This document shows, piece by piece, positions 1 through 14,178 of a stretch of 64,000 bases of DNA (position 1 is the first letter of the stretch; each line of letters begins with the position of its first letter). The DNA is taken from positions 1,426,001-1,490,000 of the forward strand of contig CAUYUJ010000225.1 of assembly GCA_963575745.1 (NCBI GenBank). Reading direction: 5' to 3'. Source of the stretch: Prorocentrum cordatum. Taxonomy: Eukaryota. The translations under genes were made by a program, and so were the position numbers. The notes beneath the pieces are model-generated. The model was not told the DNA's origin. It ran no database searches and saw only the letters and a program-made list of their open reading frames with translations.

Positions 1-660
1 TTGGGCCGTCTTGGAACCCTCCTTCTTGAGCGCCTCTTGGGCCCTCTTGGGGCTCCAGGAGCCGTCATGCCGTCGTCGAGCGTCGTCGCACGTCGTCGTG
101 TCGTCGTACGTCGTCGCGTTCGTGTGGACGACGACGCGACGACCGCGAGCCCGCGGACCGCCCCCCCCCTCGCCTTCCCCCCCTTGAGGGGGTCTTCGGT
201 TGCCCCCACGCGTCCCGGGGGGGGGCCAGCTTGAAGCTACTCTGGGGCCTCTTCGGCTGCCTTGGGGGGCGTGCAATGCACGAAGCGGCTAGAACGTTGA
301 AGTGCATGTCAAACCGAAAAGGCAGCTGTTATTTTCGCCTCTTGCTGCCCTCGTGGGGGTCATCTTGGGCGCCCTCTCGTGCCTCATGGGGCCCTCTCGA
401 GGACGGTGGGGTGCCTCTTGGTATGCTGGGGGTTTGGGGGGTCTTTCGAAGTCGACAGGTTCAAAGTGTCAGTTCGCGTCCCTCCCCTGTGGCCCTTTTT
501 TGCGGCCCTCTTGGGACCCTTTGGGGGATTTTGGGTGGCACTTGGGCCGTCCCAGGCCCTCTCGGGCTGTCGTTTGGCCCTCTTGGCAGCCTTTTGGCGG
601 TTCAAAGGGTGGTATTGGAAGTCTTTCGGGCCGCCTTGGGCAGTCGGGGACCCAGAACAT
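1..660. repeat. Degenerate GGCCGTCTTGG/CCAAGA-type interspersed repeat tract
   Basis: Recurring TCTTGGG/GGCCCTCTTGG ~11-mers; the same texture recurs at many places in the window. Confidence 0.75.
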
Positions 661-935
661 AGAACGTACCCAACCCATTTGTATCAATGGAAACGAGGAG
701 TTGGCCGAAACTTGCATGGACAATCAACTTGATGTGTAAGCTACTTGGGACACGCGCCTATGGCATGATGCGCAGGATAACCATACAAGAACGAGGGGCG
801 ACAACTACAGGCTCGAAGAGGACATGGGGAGTCGGGAACGCAGAGCAGGAGAAAAACGTGCGGGAAGCCGAACCATCAGCACGGCAGCAGCAGAGGGAAG
901 GTGACTGCAGGAGGAGAACAAGGACGAAAGCGGCG

Positions 936-1834
936 TCTAATTTGAGTCTGCGGTGGGTACCCACTGTGCTGTGCCCCTCAGCAGCCCTCGAAAGTGGCGA
1001 CAGTTTCACAGATCGCAGCCCCCCAGGGATGGCGAGGTCTAATTTGAGTACCCACTGTGCTGGGCCCCCAGCAGCCCTCGAAAGTGGCGACAGTTTCACA
1101 GATCGCAGCCCCCCAGGGATGGCGAGGTCTAATTTGAGTCTGCGGTGGGTGCCCACTGTGCTGGGCCCCCCAGCAGCCTCGAAAGTGGCGACAGTTTCAC
1201 AGATCGCAGCCCCCCAGGGATGGCGAGGTCTAATTTGAGTCTGCGGTGGGTACCCACTGTGCTGGGCCCCTCAGCAGCCCTCGAAAGTGGCGACAGTTTC
1301 ACAGATCGCAGCCCCCCAGGGATGGCGAGGTCTAATTTGAGTCTGCGTGGCGTCACTGTGCTGGGCCCCCCAGCAGGCCTCGAAAGTGGCGACAGTTTCA
1401 CAGATCGCAGCCCCCCAGGGATGGCGAGGTCTAATTTGAGTCTGCGGTGGGTACCCACTGTGCTGGGCCCCTCAGCAGCCCTCGAAAGTGGCGACAGTTT
1501 CACAGATCGCAGCCCCCCAGGGATGGCGAGGTCTAATTTGAGTCTGCGGTGGGTACCCACTGTGCTGGCAGCCCCCCAGTGGCGACGTTTCACAGACGAC
1601 AGTTTCACAGATCGCAGCCCCCCAGGGATGGCGAGGTCTAATTTGAGTCTGCGGTGGGTGCCCACTGTGCTGGGCCCCTCAGCAGCCCTCGAAAGTGGCG
1701 ACAGTTTCACAGATCGCAGCCCCCCAGGGATGGCGAGGTCTAATTTGAGTCTGCGGTGGGTACCCACTGTGCTGGGCCCCTCAGCAGCCCTCGAAAGTGG
1801 CGACAGTTTCACAGATCGCAGCCCCCCAGGGATG
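936..1834 (+). repeat. Tandem repeat, ~102-bp unit, 9 copies
   Basis: TCTAATTTGAG starts at 936, 1038, 1128, 1229, 1331, 1430, 1532, 1637 and 1739; unit contains palindrome GTGGGTACCCAC. Confidence 0.95.
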
Positions 1835-1893
1835 GGAAGGAGACGCGCGAGTGGGAAGGAGACGCGCGAGCAGTGCTCCATTCAAAACGAGAA

Positions 1894-1918
1894 CCCAACG
1901 CAGGAGGGTTGGGAAAAA
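1894..1918 (+). other. Stem-loop plus short A tail, possible retroposon 3' end
   Basis: CCCAAC-gcaggagg-GTTGGG-AAAAA, 60 bp after the 102-bp array. Confidence 0.45.
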
Positions 1919-2729
1919 CATGTAAGACAACAGAAAAACGCAAGTAAATGATGACAACGTCGGCCCAACGAAAATCCCTTGGAATTTCGTCACGTCGCTC
2001 GCTACCGGAAGCCAACGGAAGTGGAACGAGGCGGAAAACGGCGGAAGGCCGTTGGAAGGCTTGCGGAAGACAGCGGCAACGAATGACGCCCAGTCCGATA
2101 CCCCCCCCTACCCCCCGAAGAAGCCTAGCAACGTAGTCTTCTGCTGTGGGCCGGGCGGGATCCCGCCTAACTTACTCCCCTCCAGCATGAGAATTTCAAT
2201 TCAACTGGACGAAAACCCCACCCATTAGAAATAGGGTAAACAAATATTCTGCTTCGTTCACGGATCCTGCCGTGCTGGGATCGGCTCGAAGTAAGATGGG
2301 GATCCGAAGTTGCAACGCTCCTGTCATGTCAGAGTCGTCTTGAGGTCATCTGGATATCATATCTCGGTCATGCTTGGATCGCGCAGCCGTCGCGTATTCA
2401 TTCTGGGGCCACCCTGGGCGCGCGTGGATCCATCTTGTTGCCATCGGGCCATCTCGGCGTCGCTCGTGGCTCATGAGTTTGATCATATTCGAGTCAGCCT
2501 GAGGCGGTCCAGAATCCACTGCGGGATCGTGTTGGGGTTGCGTCATCCCAGGGTCGTCTGGACGTTATCGCCTGTGGCCTCAGGCCCTCTTGGAACCATT
2601 CTGCGGCCATGGGGGCGTCTCGGGATCGCGCGCGCGAGCGCTGAGCACTCGCGCGCAACAACTCATCTAGCCGATGGGCGTGCGTACATCTACTTTTCGT
2701 TGCGAGTGTCCAAGGAAACTTTTGCTGGA

Positions 2730-4790
2730 GCCAAGTAGGGCGTCTGGTGGCTCTCTGGGGGAGCCTTGGGGCGCTCTTGGGTTGGTCGTGTGGCGCCTTG
2801 GGGGCTTCCAGAGGCCAGAGCTGTCTGGAAACTTTCGTCGAGGATTCCGGAGCGCGCTTGAGCCCTTTCGGAGGTTCGTTTCTCCTCTGTGGCTCCCCTT
2901 GGAATCCTTGTGGGGTCCTCTTTGGCCGTCTTGGGTGCCTCTTGGGCCATCCGTGTGCCTTTGTTCGCAGTCGTGTGACCTCTTGGCAGCCCCTCGGGGC
3001 TTCCTGGTGAGGTTTTGTGAGCCTGTGGGGCTGTCTTGGGCAGTCGGGATCCCAACAGAAGGGGAAGCAAAACAAGCAATCAAGGATTTGGCCTTCTCCC
3101 AGCTCGCTGGAGGAGCTTCGGAGCGGTCCTGGGGAGGTCTCGGGGCGTCTCCTGCGCTGTCCAGAGGCTGTCGTGGAGGATTCCGGAGCACTCTAGAGCC
3201 TTGTCGGAGCTTCGTACCTTCCATGCGGCTCCTCTGGGGGATCTTTTCGGGCCCCCTTTGGCCGCCTTGGGTGGCTCTTGGCCCTTCCCTGGGCAGTCGT
3301 GGGACTCTCTTGACAGCCTCTTGAAGCCCCCATGGGCGGTCTTGAAGCCTTTTGGCCCGTCCTGGGCTGTCGGGAAGCAGACCAAACGAGAAGCTCAACA
3401 ACTGTCCAAAACCTAAGGGAAGTGTTACCCAGCGTGGACTCCAAACAATATGGCTCGAGCAACATATGTTGTGTAATCCATTTGGTGCACATGATGATGT
3501 GCAATCTATGTTGTGCAATCCATGTTGTCCAATCTACGCTGGACAATAAAGGTGGTCCGATCTATGAAGCACCATATACGTGGTGCGATATATGTGTTGC
3601 AATTGATTTTTACAACCGAATTAACACATTCCACGCTCTTGCAAACATCGCACCGACCCACCCGCAACTTGGTTTGCAAAACCCATGCGGCGGCGATTGC
3701 GATGAGTGCTTGGCGATGGCTGTTGCATCTCTGCGGCCGCGCCAGCCCATTGACAATGGCCAAAGATTGGGGCGCCCTCTTTCGGTGCTTGTTTGGCCGT
3801 CTTGACATGATTTCTGGGGCCTCGCAGGCTGTCTTGGCGTCGGAAGCACGAAACAGTGAGAACATGAAAAACCTTCAAAAGCCTTCGAAAAACCTCACAT
3901 TTTCGCCTCCTGAGTGCCTCGTGGGAGTCCTTTTGAAGACATCTTGGCCGTCTTGAAGCCTTCTTGGGCTGTCTTCAAGCCATGTTGGACCAATGCTGAA
4001 ACGCTCTTGTGCGGTCTTGGGTTTTCTTGGAGCGCTCTTGGGCCATCCTGGCGCCCTCTTGGACGTCTCTCGGGCACTCCAGTCGCCCCTTTTCGGCCCC
4101 TTTGACTTTTTTGGCGCCCCCCGCCGGGCCCGAAACGGCTGGAAGAAAAATCAATGCACTCTGGGCCCCCTGGAACCCCCTCCCTATACACACACATAAA
4201 GATTCCCCTTCATTTATTTTCATTGATCCGGACCCTGCGGAAACCCCGCCACCTCCCTCCGATACGCCCCTGCAGGAGGCCACCCACCTGCTAGGCCTAA
4301 GCAACGGGCCCAGATCAGTCAGGAGGGCGGCCGAACGGCCCCCGAAGGGTTCCAAGAAGCCCCAGACACCCACCAGACGCCCGAAGACGACCCCAAGAAG
4401 ACCCCCAGCAGGCTTTCCACACACAGAAAGGCGTTGATTTTCAATTGTTTTTGCATGGTTTTGGGAGTGTTCAATTCTTCAGTCTTTTTGGCGCCCGAGA
4501 CCGCCCAGGAGGCCTGAAAATCTCCTCCAAAACTATCCGAAGGGCTTCCAAGCGGTCCAAGAGAGCCCCACGACGACACAACAGAGCTCTACGATGGCCC
4601 GAAAAGAGCACCATGACGGCCCAAGATGGCCCCAAGACACCCCCCGAACCATTCCAAATCGTGACCTGGTCATTCTGGGAAACCGCGATTGGAAGCAGGG
4701 TGGCCCGAGGAAGCCACCATGAGGAACCCAGTAGGTCTCCAGAAAGCCCCAAGAAGCCCTTGAAAAGGTTCACGAGGCCCCCAGGATGAT
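2730..4790. repeat. CCAAGA-type repeat tracts in both orientations, with an AT-richer spacer at ~3410-3720
   Basis: TCTTGG-rich to ~4100, then CCAAGA-rich 4320-4790. Confidence 0.7.
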
Positions 4791-5425
4791 CTCAAAGGAG
4801 GAGCATCCGCAAAAAGAGCTGAGGAGGGTAGGAACGAATTCGCAGGGTAGGGCGACAATGAGGAACGGGAAGAGGAAGCATGAGGGAAGGACAGCGGAGA
4901 ACATTATTAATAATTATGACTATCCGGCCGATCTGCGGTTGATCGGGAGTTTCTGTATATACAAGAAGGGGCGTGCGCTTCTCGGCGAGAGGAAAATTAT
5001 CGAGATGGGAATGAGCGTGTGGATCAGGAGGGCGAGGCTCGCGATGGGGGAGGATCAAGAGAGGCAGGGTCACGCGGGTGAAGATCAGGCGAGCGCGGAG
5101 CCGGAGGATGAGGATGCGAAGAAGGAGGTCCTGCCGAGAATGAAAATCAGGAGGGTGAGGATCGGGCGGGCGTGGCGCCCCCCGCTGCCATGCTGGCAAT
5201 TTCCACCTCCTCCTCCTCCTCCTCCTCCTCCTCCTCCTCCTATTCGTCCTCTGCCTCCTCCAACTCCCCTTCTCCTCTTTCACCTCGTCGTCCTCCTCCC
5301 TCTTTTCCTTTCTCTCCTCATCCCCCCTCCCCCCACCTGGGATTTCCCGGATGTCGCCTGAAACGGAACAAGGGGGCCTCAGAGGGCCGCCAGGGCCTCC
5401 TCGGGGAGGCTCTGGGGGGCCAGTT

Positions 5426-7502
5426 ATTATTCCCCATATCCTAAGATGGGGTTCTTGCTATTACTCGGACGCCGCCGACTCCAGAGAACCTGCTCATACA
5501 CAGACTTACTCATACTCAGACCTACGCATACTCAGACCTTCTCATAGTCTGAGTTGCTCAACGCACGGACTGAGACCTACTCCTACTCAGACCTAGTCAT
5601 ACTCAGACTCGCAAGGGGAGCTGCCAGGGATGTTCTCACGGGCCCGTTCGCGGCCAATTTGTAGGATATCTCAAGCGGATTGCTCGTTTTCATGCCTAAC
5701 ATCCTTTGCTTTCGGAGCAGATTCGGAAGATGTCTCAGGCGGGGCGCTGGTTTCAGCAGCCCTACGGGGAGCCGCCAGGGGTGTTTTCACGGGCCCGTTC
5801 GCGGCCAGTTTGTGGGGATGTCTCAAGCGGTTTGCTCGTTTTCATGCCCAACATCCTTGGCTTTCAGATCAGATGTCGAGGATGTCTCAGGCGGGGCGCT
5901 GGTTTCAGCACCCCTAAGGGGAGCCGCCAGGGGTGTTTTCACGGGCCCGTTCGCGGCCAATTTGTAGGATGTCTCAGGCGGTGTGCTCGTTTTCATGCCC
6001 AACCCTTGGCTTTCAGATCAGATTCGGAGGATGTCTCAGGCGGGGCGCTGGTTTCAGCACCCCTACGGGGAGCCGCCAGGGGTGTTCTCACGGGCCCGTT
6101 CGCGGCCAATGTGTGGGGATGTCTCAAGCGGTTTGCTCGTTGTCATGCCCAACATCCTTGGCTTTCAGAGCAGATTCGGAAGATGTCTCAGGCGGGGCGC
6201 TGGTTTCAGCACCCCCAAAGGGAGCCGCCAAGGGTGTTTTCACGGGCAGGTTCGCGGCCAGTTCGAGGGGATCTCTCAGGCGGTTTGCTCGTTTTCATGC
6301 CCAACATCCTTGGCTTTCAGATCAGATTCTGAGGTGATCTCAGGCGGTGAGCTGGTTTCAACACAACCGCCAAGGGTGTTTTTACGGGCCCGTTCGCGGC
6401 CAGTTTGTGGGGATGTCTCAGGCGGTTTGCTCGTTTTCATGCCCAACATCCTTGGCTTTCAGATCAGATTCGGAAGATGTCTCAGGCGGGGCGCTGGTTT
6501 CAGCACCCCTACGGGGAGCCGCCAGGGGTGTTCTCACGGGCCCCGTTCGCGGCCAGTCTGTGGGGATGTCTCAAGCGGTTTGCTCGTTGTCATGCCCAAC
6601 ATCCTTGGCTTTCAGAGCAGATTCGGAAGATGTCTCAGGCGGGGCGCTGGTTTCAGCACCCCCACAGGGAGCCGCCAAGGGTGTTATCACGGGCCCGTTC
6701 GCGGCCAGTTTGTGGGGATGTCTCAAGCGGTTTGCTCGTTTTCATGCCCAACATCCTTTGCTTTCAAAGCAGATTGTGAGGATGTCTCAGGCGGGGCGCT
6801 GGTTTCAGCATCCCTAAGGAGAGCCGCCAGGGGTGTTTTCACGGGCCCGTTCGCGGCCAGTTTGTGGGGATGTCTCAAGCGGTTTGCTCGTTTCCATGCC
6901 CAACATCCTTTGCTTTCAAAGCAGATCGTGAGGATGTCTCAGGCGGGGCGCTGGTTTCAGCATCCCTAATGAAAGCCGCCAGGGGGTAGGACACGGGCCC
7001 GTTCGCGGCCATTTTGCGGGGATGTCTAATGCACACTACCACAGGCTGAGGAGGGCACGGCCTGGCAGCTGAGGATGGGGAATGAATGGGAGGGCCATAT
7101 TCAATCATACTCAAAGCTCACTCTGACTCATACTCACTCACTCGCATGAAGATTCGCTCGTCTTCGTCGGCCCTGTCGCTCATGCGGACGCGCTATTATA
7201 CAACCCTCGGAAAAAATAACCTGAGGGATTCTGTTTTCGGTGATTGTATGGTCAGCGCTAATCCAATGCTGACGCTAGATATCTGACGTGGACGCAAGGG
7301 CTTCAAAAATCCGACGACCCCGCCGCAGCATTGAAGAACGCAGTTTCTAACAAGTGCCCGAGAAGATCGACCGTCGTGATTTCCAACTTTGTTTCTGTTC
7401 ATTTTTGAGGAGGCTTGTAATCAAGCCCTCATGAACAGACGCTCACTATGGCATGACATAAAACATGAGATGCACATATGGGGAGATCCACGCAATGAGT
7501 AA
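5426..7502 (+). mobile_element. Non-autonomous Helentron/DINE-1-like element, family A copy 1, carrying a 152-bp array
   Basis: Left end CCCCATATCCTAAGATGGGGTTCTTG (5432); right end GATGCACATATGGGGAGATCCACGCAATGAGTAA (7469-7502); interrupts a host repeat unit split between 5340-5425 and 7503 onward. Confidence 0.7.
5616..7030 (+). repeat. 152-bp tandem array, ~9.5 copies
   Basis: GGGCCCGTTCGCGGCC (or close variant) at 5640, 5791, 5943, 6092, 6244, 6386, 6538, 6691, 6843 and 6995. Confidence 0.95.
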
Positions 7503-8090
7503 TGAAAATGTCCCACGCGAAAGCGCCGGTTTGGAATTTGATTCGTCGCTGGATTTGCCAAATTCGCCGGACTTCCCCGATCTCGCCGGAAACGGAACAA
7601 GGGGATCTCTGAGAGCCGCTTTGGGGAGGCTCCGGGGGCCGGTTTCCTGAGGATGTCCCACGCGAGGGCGCCAATTTGGAATTCGTCACTGGCCGGACTC
7701 GCCGGACTTCCAAGGTATCGCCGGAATCGGAACAACGGGGGGGCCTCTGAAGGCCTCCTTGGTCCTTGGAAAGCTCTGGGGGGGCGCTTTTTCTGAGGAT
7801 GTCCCACGCGAGGGCGCCAATTTTGGAATTCGTCGCCAGATTTGCCGGATTTCCGAGATGTCGCCGGATTCCCCCGATCTCGACGGAACTGAACAGGGTG
7901 CCTCTGGAGGCCTCCACTGGGAGGCTCTGGGAACGGTTTTTCTGAGGACGTCCCACGCGAGGGCGCCGGTTTGAAGGCCTCCTTGGGGAGGCACCGGGCC
8001 TGACGATGTCACACGCGAGGGCGCCAATTTGGAATTCGTCGCTGGATTCCCCGGATTTCCCGGATCTCGCCGGAAACGGAACAGGGGAAC
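7503..8090 (+). repeat. Diverged ~135-146-bp tandem repeat (ATGTCCCACGCGAGGGCGCC family)
   Basis: Motif at 7508, 7653, 7799, 7948 and 8006; same family at 5340-5425 and 11035-11640. Confidence 0.85.
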
Positions 8091-8444
8091 CCTAGCCTAC
8101 AAGACGTCAGAAAAATAAAAATTACACTCGGGGTCGCCATGATGTCCCACGCAATTTGCGTGAAAATAGAAACTGCAAGGTTCTCGTGCGTATTTTCTTA
8201 GAAACCTGACGAGCGCCCTAGCCTACAAGACGCCCGAAATATAGAAATTAGACTCGGGGGTGTCATGATGTCCCATGCACTTTTCGACCTTCTATCAAAA
8301 TAGAAGCTGTAATGTTTTCGTGTATATTCCCATAGAATCTGAACGACTTGAAACCTCCGCGCATGTCCGTGTCCATTCCGTGTCTACCCGTGTCTAACAT
8401 GAAACGTGTCTATTTTTGCGAAACGTGTGTGTATGTTACTGAGT

Positions 8445-9560
<1,116 letters not shown>

Positions 9561-9563
9561 AGC

Positions 9564-9682
9564 CTCCCTCATGGCTGTCAGAGCCCTCTCCTGCTTCTGC
9601 TCCTCGGTCAGGGGGGCGCCGTCCTCGTCGTCGTCAGCGCCCGCGAAGACGACCACGAACGAGTCCCTGAGCATGTCGGGCC
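9564..9682 (-). CDS. Orphan exon of an unidentified gene (GPDMLRDSFVVVFAGADDDEDGAPLTEEQKQERALTAMRE)
   Basis: Non-repetitive island with strong G/C at third codon positions; CAG|G acceptor at 9684-9683; GAG|GC donor at 9563. Confidence 0.5.
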
Positions 9683-9949
9683 CTGGCGGGAAGCCGTGGC
9701 TACATAGGGAGCGCGGGCGAAGATGGCATTCACAACTGCGGTATTCACAACTGCGTATGGTTGGGCCCTTCGCCAAGTTAATGATTAGAACGCGTGTCTA
9801 AATTCCCGCGATCCATCCACATTGGGGAGCCATTGTTTCGCGCATGTGCGTTGTGCGTATCTGTGCCTGCATAGGCGTGCGTGTGTATATATGTACACAC
9901 ATTTGCATCAATACAAAAACACTTGTGTATATACATGTATACACGCGTG

Positions 9950-10140
9950 GGAGAAAGAGAGAGAGAGAGGGATAATGTGCGTGAGAGAGAGATAGAAAAA
10001 AAAAAAACATATAGAGAGAAAGAGAGAGAGAGAGAGAACGAGAGAGAAAGAGAAAGAGAGAGAGAGAGAGGAGGAGGAGGAGGAGGAGGAGGAGGAGGAG
10101 GAGGAGGAGGAGGAGGAGGAGGAGGAGGAGGAGGAGGAGG
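9950..10140. repeat. (GA)n and (GGA)n microsatellites
   Basis: Direct reading. Confidence 0.95.
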
Positions 10141-11034
10141 AGCGCTCAGAAGTGCAATGGCGCATGGGGGAGCCTGGAGGAGTGCCGAAGAGCGCGGTGG
10201 AATAGGGGGGGACTGCAGATGACTGCAGTGGAGCGCCGTGGAGTGCGAGGGAGTGGGGAGGTGTCTGAAGGAGCGCGGTGCCGAGGAGTGCGATGGAGTG
10301 GGGAGGCGTCGGGAGGAGCGCCGAGGAGTGAGACGGAGCGAGGAGGAATCTCGAGGAGTAGGGAGTAGGGAGCAGCGCGATGGTGTGGGGAAGAGTCCTG
10401 AGGAGTGACTGGGACGGCGCACCGAGGAAGGCGATCTTCATCGCACTGCTCGGCATTCCGTCTCACTCCTCGCCTCTCCACCTGATCTCCATCGCACTCC
10501 TCGGCATTCCTTCACACTCCTCCAAGCCCCCCCGCACTCCATCGCACTCCGTGGCACTCCTCCAAACTCTCCCCTTTCCTTCGCAATCCTCGGCGCTCCT
10601 CCCCCACACTCCCCATGCCATAGGATCCCTCACGCCTGGGTGTGCATAGGATCCCTCACGTCCATGTTTCCGTGCAAGTACGTGTGTTTATATTCACATG
10701 CGGACACACCCGCAAGCGTGTCTATCATTCGTTGCCTTTCTCCGCGAGCCAGTGCCCGGATATGTGTTCGTGTCTATTCGTGTCTATGTAGTACGCGTGT
10801 CTATTTCCGTGTTTATCATTGACGCTCGTGTCTATTTATGTACCATTTCGTGTATTTGTCAATCGATTCGTCTCTATTTGAAAACCTACACTTCGTGTCC
10901 AGTTTTACTTCTTCTCGCCTGTGTTTTTACAGTGTGCGCAGCACGAACAGATAGACACGATTCCTCTAGAAACTGAGCAACCCTTTCAAAGGAAAACACC
11001 CAGAAGATAGACACCGCCTCTTGTAGGCTAGGGG

Positions 11035-11640
11035 GCCTCTGAGGGCCTCAGATTCTTGGGGAGGCTCCGCGAGCGGTTTTCCTGAGGATGTCCCACCCGA
11101 GGGCGCCGGTTTGGAATTCATCACCGGATTCGCCTGATTTCCCGGATCTCGCCGGAAACGGAACAGGGGGGCCTCTGAGGAGGGCCTCCTTGGGGAGGCT
11201 CCCAGGAGCGGTTTTTCTGAGGATGTCCCACGCGAGGGCGCCGGTTTGGAATTCGTCGCCGGATTCGCCGGATTTCTCAGATCTCGCTGGAAACGGAACG
11301 GGGCGGCTTATGAGGGCTGAGGGTCTCATTGGGGAGGTTTTGGGTGCGGTTTTTCTGAAGAGTTTGGAATTCGTCGCCGGATTCGCCGGATTTCTCGGAT
11401 CTCGCTGGAAACGGAAGAGGGGGGCCTCTGAGGGCCTCCTTGGGAGGCTCCGGGGGCTTTTTTTCTGAGGATGTCCCACGCGAAGGCGCCAGTTTTGACT
11501 TCGTCGCCGGATTCGCCGGATTTCCCGGATCTCGCCGGAGGCCCCGAGGGCGGTTTTTCTGAGGATCTCCCATCTGGGGGCGCCCGTTTGGAATTCGTCG
11601 CCGGATTTCCTGGATCACGCCGGAAACGGAACAAGGGGGG
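11035..11640 (+). repeat. Second tract of the ATGTCCCACGCGAGGGCGCC ~135-bp family
   Basis: GGAATTCGTCGCCGGATTCGCCGGATTTC...GGAAACGGAACA repeated 4-5 times. Confidence 0.85.
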
Positions 11641-11854
11641 CCGTCGGCGGGGCCATTACCTCGCGCGCGGGGGGTCAGGATGACGTGAGTTCCACAGAAA
11701 CTCATTCAAATAGCAGCGAGGTTGGAAAAAAACAACAAGAAGTTATCGCTAAAGGCAACGTTGTTTGCTTAACCTTCCTGCCTATCCGCCTGTTTGCCAA
11801 ACTTCAAGGACCAAGGAAGGTGCATGGCGCGAAGCGCCATTGCAGTCTTCTGTT

Positions 11855-12434
11855 TGTGTATGTATATTCGTATGTGTGCAAATGTATGTAGGTATGTATG
11901 TCTGTGCATATATGCATACACGTATGTTTGTATCTATGAGCATGCATGTGTATGTACATATGTGTTTAAGTGTGTATACATGTATATGCACATGGACATG
12001 CAGATGTATATGTGTATGTATATGTGTATGTATGTGTATATGTGTACGTGTGTATGTGAATGTAAATGTACATGTATAGGTAATGTAGATGTAGATGGAT
12101 GGGTAGATGTTCATGCAGATGTATAATTATGCAGATGTAGATGTAGGTGAATATGTTCTCGTACATGTATATGTGTACGCATATGAATATGTATATGCAT
12201 ATGTACATGTATATGTAAATGTAAATGTACATGTATAGGTACATGTATGTGCATGTATGTGTACACATGTGTATCTATATGCACGAATATTATATGTGTA
12301 TGTGTACCTACGTGCATGCATGTATGTATGTGTGTAAGCATACGTATGTATGTATGCATGTGTATGTATGTATGTATGTATGTATGTGTGTATGCTTGTA
12401 GGGTGTGTGATTGTATATATTTGTATGTGTGTAC

Positions 12435-12465
<31 letters not shown>

Positions 12466-12860
12466 TGTGTATTTGTTCATTTGTATGTGTGTATAGCTGC
12501 ATGTTTGTATGGTTGCATGGTTGTACGTGTGTATGTATGTTTGTATGTATGTATGTATGTATGTATGTATGTATGCATACATGTATGTATGGATGTATGT
12601 ATGCATGCGTGTGTGTATGTATGTATGTATGTATGCATGTATGCATGCATGTGTGTATATATGTGTGCATGTATGTATGTATGTATGTATGTATGTATGT
12701 GTATGTATGTATGTATGTATGTATGTATGAATGAATATATGTATGTATGTATGTATGTATGTGTGTATGTATGTATGTATGTATGTATGTATGTATGTAT
12801 GTACGTACGTACGTACGTACGTACGTACGTATGTATGTATGTATGTATGTATGTGTATCT
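11855..12860. repeat. (TATG)n-type degenerate microsatellite
   Basis: Direct reading. Confidence 0.95.
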
Positions 12861-12871
12861 GTACACATTCG

Positions 12872-13669
12872 TATCCGCCACCGTGCCGCTGGGCACGCAG
12901 TGGGCCTCAACCCTCGCTCCTGAGGAGTCTTTCAGGGGCCTCGACCCCAAACTGACAGATCTCCCCGGGCTCGCCGCGTGCCCCCTGGGGCTTCCCGCGT
13001 GCCTCCTGGGCTCCCCCGCATCTTGTCGCGCGACTTTTCGGGACCAAGATGGCCCCAAGACGGGCCAACAGGGCCCCACGAGGCCCCCACGACGGTCCAA
13101 GAGGGCCCCGAGTCGCCGCACGATCGCTCCAAGACGCTCAATCAAGATGGCCCCCAGACGGCCCAAGAGGCCTCCAAGACGCCCAAAGAGGCCTCCAAGA
13201 GGCATTCCAAGAGGGCCCAAAGAGGCCAGATGAAACGATTTTGGCGTTCTCGCCTTTTCGATTGTCCGACGCTCCCAGACCGCCCAAGAGGCCCTCAAGA
13301 CCACCCTAAACGGCCCAAGAGGCCCCCAAGAGGGCCCCAAGACGGCCTAAGAGCGCCCCAAGGCCCAAGAGGTGCCCAAGACGGCCCCAATAGGGGCCCA
13401 AGAGAGGGAACACGAAGCGAAAATCTCAGCCTTCCGCCCCAAGAGGCCCCCAGGAGGCCTCAAGAGGCCTCCACGAGGCCCCTAGAGGCCACCGAGAGGC
13501 CCCCAAGAAGCCCAAAAGAGGCCCCAAGAGCCCCCAAACGAGTCCTGAGAGGCCTCCAGACTGCCTCCAAGAGGTCACCGAGAGGCCTCCCACAAGATCC
13601 CAACGAACATCCAATAGGCTTCATATCCACTAAGGCACTGTGGCGGGATAGGCCGAAGGCCATTCGATA
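12872..13669 (+). mobile_element. Non-autonomous element with asymmetric TIRs and hairpins (family B), CCAAGA-rich interior
   Basis: Left TATCCGCCACCGTGCC with hairpin CGTGCC-gctg-GGCACG; right GGCACTGTGGCGGGATA (13634-13650) followed by hairpin GGCC-gaa-GGCC. Confidence 0.6.
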
Positions 13670-14178
13670 CCAGGCCTGCGTAGTGCACGTGCCTACCAGT
13701 AGTAGGCATGTGCACCACCAATCTAGAGTGCCTAATATCTGAATCATAATCAACAAAATGTGGGACTTCCCCACTTTGACTGGCACTAACGATCGAAGAT
13801 AGGAGGACCCAAGTGCCCCAGACTACATACAAAGGGTTAGGCCTACCCTTGAGGGTACCAGCGCAGCTCTACAATCCTCTTCATCGTGTCCCTCTTCCTC
13901 GTGCTCCTCGTGCTTTCCTTCTGTCCCTTCCCTCCTCCCTCTTCCTTGCTTCCTCCTTCATGCTCCCTCCTGCTTCCTCCCTCCTACCTCCCTCCTGCTC
14001 GCGTTTCTTCCTCCTTGTCCTCGTCATGATCCTCCCTCTCCTCCTCGGTATCCCACTCCCTGGAGATTCAGGGACAATGATGATCGATCGACTCAAAAAA
14101 AATTAGACCGTCCCGTGGACTATACCGGATCTCTTGCTCGAGCCATGCGGTCATGCGATTGACCTGCAGTCCAGCGTT

